A stretch of 64,000 nt of DNA from Moniliella sp. 'wahieum'. Lineage: Eukaryota. The notes under the pieces were generated by a model. The model made no database searches, was not told the DNA's origin, and saw only the letters and a list, made by a program, of their open reading frames with translations. Within the stretch, counting starts at the first letter, position 1, and every line of letters starts with the position of its first letter. The stretch spans positions 310,001-374,000 of the forward strand of contig RSEE01000008.1 in assembly GCA_003971905.1 (NCBI GenBank). The letters are read 5' to 3'. Below are positions 61,011 to 64,000 of the stretch, one piece after another. Made by a program: the position numbers and the translations under genes.

Positions 61011-63562
61011 ATGCTCTCGTCGCGCGAAAGCCACTGGCAAGTGGGCGATGCTGTGTACTTCATCGCCGATCCTAACAACCGCCGCGCCCTCCTTCATCCC
61101 GGGCTGATCATCGCGATCGACCAAAAGGCAAAGGGGGCCCACTCTGCCGTCTTCAGCTCATGGGCTTGGCAGGATCCGAGGTGCTGCGCATTCACGATCT
61201 CGACTTTGCTCCCAAACCCGTACGTCCTCCCACAACGACTGAGAGGTGGCACTAACATGCTGAATGAACCAGTATGAGGCATTTGACCAGCGACTTCACC
61301 CCGTTCATCCCCCTGTCTCGGGTACAACACAAGATCACATATGGACGGACAGGCTGTCCATGCGGAAGCGACCAAGGACATTTCGGACGACGATCTCTAT
61401 GTTCGATTGGGACGAAGTGATTATGCCGCTTTCCTCTGGTGCAACAAATTGTTCAACGACTATGTCACCCGCGGCTCAGCACCTTCTGTCGACGCTATCC
61501 CCTCGGACGACGAAGACGAAGAGGGGAATAATGAAGCCGGTGCTACGAAGCAAGGGATTCAATCTATCACCTGGAGTGAGTGGGTCGACCTATCCAACCG
61601 CGATCAGAATGGCCGCCCTGTGTTTGCATGGCACAAGATCCTCGCCGCGGCTAGTAGTTCCACATTCACCCGACCTACTACCGCGCCCGTTATGGCCGTG
61701 GAAGATGCCACAGCCAGCACCCCTCATTTGCGCAAAATCTTGGGCACACCCACACCCAAGATGACCCCCCTAAGGTCATCAACCGCCTCTCGCACCCCGA
61801 ACAAGTCTCCAGTCAAGCGTCGCCTACTTCACTCTTACGCTCGGAGGGCATCGACTGCCACCCTCCATTCTGAGAGCGAATCGGATGATGCTGCTTCCGC
61901 CTCAGATACGGCGACTGACTTTGAATCTCGCTTGTCCGACTTAGAGAGCGGTTCTGAGGAGGAGATGTCTCTGTCCTCCAAGCGTAAGCGGCACACTAAG
62001 ACTGCTGTCCCCCGTACCCCCCGCAAACGGACCAAAACCGTGCCTTCCACCCCAGCTACTGGGCGCAAAAAGCTTGCAGCCAAGGTGAAGGCAGCCCGTT
62101 TCCCGACAGCCCTAGCCCGAGGGGACGATGATGAAGGCGGAGAACTCTTGGCCGAGTTGGAGCGCAAGTGCAAGCCATTTGGTGGCGTGGCCAAGGCTCC
62201 AGCCCATGAGCGGGCTCGCTTCCCTCCACGTAGGGAGTACTCCATCATTTTTGCCTTGCCGCGAAACCGAATTCTGCTCGATCCAAACTCACTTGGAGAA
62301 CGCGCTGGACAATCGTCAGGGGGGATGCTTGTACGTTTGCGGCGTTCCTGGGACGGGAAAGACAGCCACGTGTCGCCAGGTCGTCGGTCTCTTTGCTCCA
62401 CCCGCGGAGACGAGTTCAACTTTGTCGAGATCAACGGGATGAAGCTGGCCGAGGCGTCCCAGGTCTACACTGTTCTCTGGTCTGCCCTGCGTCCTGAAGA
62501 CGATACCTCGGGTCGTGGGGCCAACTCGGCACTCGACTCGCTCCGTCGCCATTTCGAGCGTGGAGCGATGGGCGCCGGTCTCCGTGGCGGCGGACGCAAG
62601 ATGACGGTGGTCCTCTTGGATGAAGTAGACCAGCTACTCACCTCGAGACAGGAGGTGCTCTACAACTTGTTCCATTGGCCCCACCTGCCAGGCGCTCGAC
62701 TAGTTGTCCTCGCTTTGGCGAACACGATGGATCTTCCTCAACGTGCGCTTTCGGCCCGTGTGGCTTCCCGTTTGGGCGGGGCCAACGTTCCTTTCCAACC
62801 TTATGACGATGCCCAATTGGCCGCTATTGTCCGTTCTCGCCTTGGCATCGCGACGGAAGCCATGGCAGTTTTCCCTCCCCCAGCCATGGAGCAGGCAGCC
62901 AAGGGATGTGCCCAGTCCTTCCAGCCCCATGCCATCACGCTAATGGCCAAGCGGGTGGCCGTGGTCAATGGGATGCACGACGAATGCTCGATGTTGCACG
63001 TCGGGCCTTGGAGAGGGCAGCGAGCGCGTCGCCGCAAGGCCAGGCGCCGCTCCCAGTAACGATTGCCGATGTGAATGCTGTCTTTACCGACCTGGCCAGT
63101 TCTGGCGTCGCCGTGATGATCCGTTCTCTCTCCACCCATGCAAAGATGTTACTTTGGGCGGCGCTGATGTGCGCGCGTAAGACGGGACTGTGCGAGTGCA
63201 CGCTGTCGGACCTGGTGGCTACGCATGGGGCGTTGGCTGTTGGGCACAGCATCGGGGCCGCTGCCACGTCTGCGGCGGTAGAGCGGGCTCGACTGTTTGC
63301 GCAAACGGGCTTGCTCGACGAGGAGAAAGCCAGTCGAGACGCCCGCCACGCCCGCATTGCGCCTAAACCCCTGTCGCTGGAGACGTTGGCTGCGCCCCTG
63401 GCCTCTCTTTGCACCCTCGGGCTTCTTGTCCCGTTGGGGAAGGAGTTTGCCCCGGCCCGAGCAGGTGCGTGTGCGCGCGTTCTGATTGCGGTGCGGGAAG
63501 ACGAGGTTCGAATTGCGTTGCGGGAAGATGAGGATCTTCGGTTCCGCCACTTGGTTGCATGA
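61011..63562 (+). CDS. ORC1: Origin recognition complex subunit 1 (BAH-like N-terminus + AAA+; frameshifted)
   Basis: WQVGDAVYF, LPCRETEF, CLYVCGVPGTGKTAT (Walker A), FVEINGMKL, VVLLDEVDQL, LYNLFHWP, ANTMDLP, DARRMLDVARRA. Intron about 61220..61273. Confidence 0.92.
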
Positions 63563-63967
63563 CCGTATGGAAGAGTAAAACGCGCGATTACTGTTCTTCC
63601 TACCGACCATTACCCTCTTTTCTTTGTATAATTTCCCGTGCAAGGAGCGGCAGCAGCCATTGCTCCGCTGTGCACTGCCCTGGCCTTGCTGCGGGCCAGG
63701 CAAACCACGACATTCATTTCATCCGACGCGCGAAGTGAGGTAGCTAATACGGTAGCTTATACAGGCAGCGCGTAACGGGGTCCAACAATAGTCGGTGTCT
63801 GGGGTAAAACGCGATGTGGCCGCTAGGGTTGAACACGCAGAGCGCGTTCGCGTTGTGGATTGGCGTCTGTTCCGCCGTGGCACCACAGCGCACCCCTCGC
63901 CACTGCCGGCCAGAGTGCGAGCCCCCAAGCCACCTTCTTCTGCCTCTCTCTCCCCTTCCCCACCGCC

Positions 63968-64000
63968 ATGGCCACGCGCCACGCATACGACTCGGACTCG
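63968..64000 (+). CDS. Probable start of next gene (truncated by the window)
   Basis: CCGCCATGG start context after a pyrimidine-rich leader; MATRHAYDSDS stays open to the window end. Confidence 0.4.
   Translation, partial: MATRHAYDSDS

Noticed and set aside
1..64000. Transposons or telomerase RNA
   Set aside because: No transposase/RT motifs, TIRs or LTRs were recognised, and no 1.5-repeat TAACCCTAA template was seen near the structured element.

Overview
Gene-dense eukaryotic (fungal) chromosomal DNA of high GC content. It has short GT..AG introns (GTACGY/GTATG/GTGAG donors, CTRAC branch sites) at low density, consistent with a basidiomycete, possibly Ustilaginomycotina; the taxonomy is inferred. 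About 26 protein genes can be supported: a DYRK/Pom1-like kinase, PRS, AHA1, LSM2, a Myb/AT-hook protein, NAA40/NAT4, an F-box protein, a Pal1-like protein, VMA16, Ap4A phosphorylase, VPS74, a NADAR protein, mitochondrial S14, a heparinase II/III-like membrane lyase, a persulfide dioxygenase-like MBL, DUF1275, a Pls-type membrane NRPS-like enzyme, a histidine phosphatase, an unknown R/D/E-repeat protein, SRP receptor alpha, pyruvate kinase, HOM6, eIF1, TOM40, ORC1 and a truncated gene start. There is also one intron-containing tRNA-Gly(GCC). Many conserved genes carry 1-nt frameshifts, often in short base runs. These are most likely assembly errors, so gene ends are approximate. The most interesting part is the 29.5-43.9 kb accessory block. 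It centres on an epsilon-poly-lysine-synthetase-like (A-T-membrane/LbH x3) enzyme whose adenylation domain is of the oxalate/acyl-CoA-ligase type and is followed by a vestigial second A subdomain. Also notable are a structured non-coding element near 36 kb, a window-wide intergenic (TGA-N4)x3 motif and a split, divergent NADAR domain.
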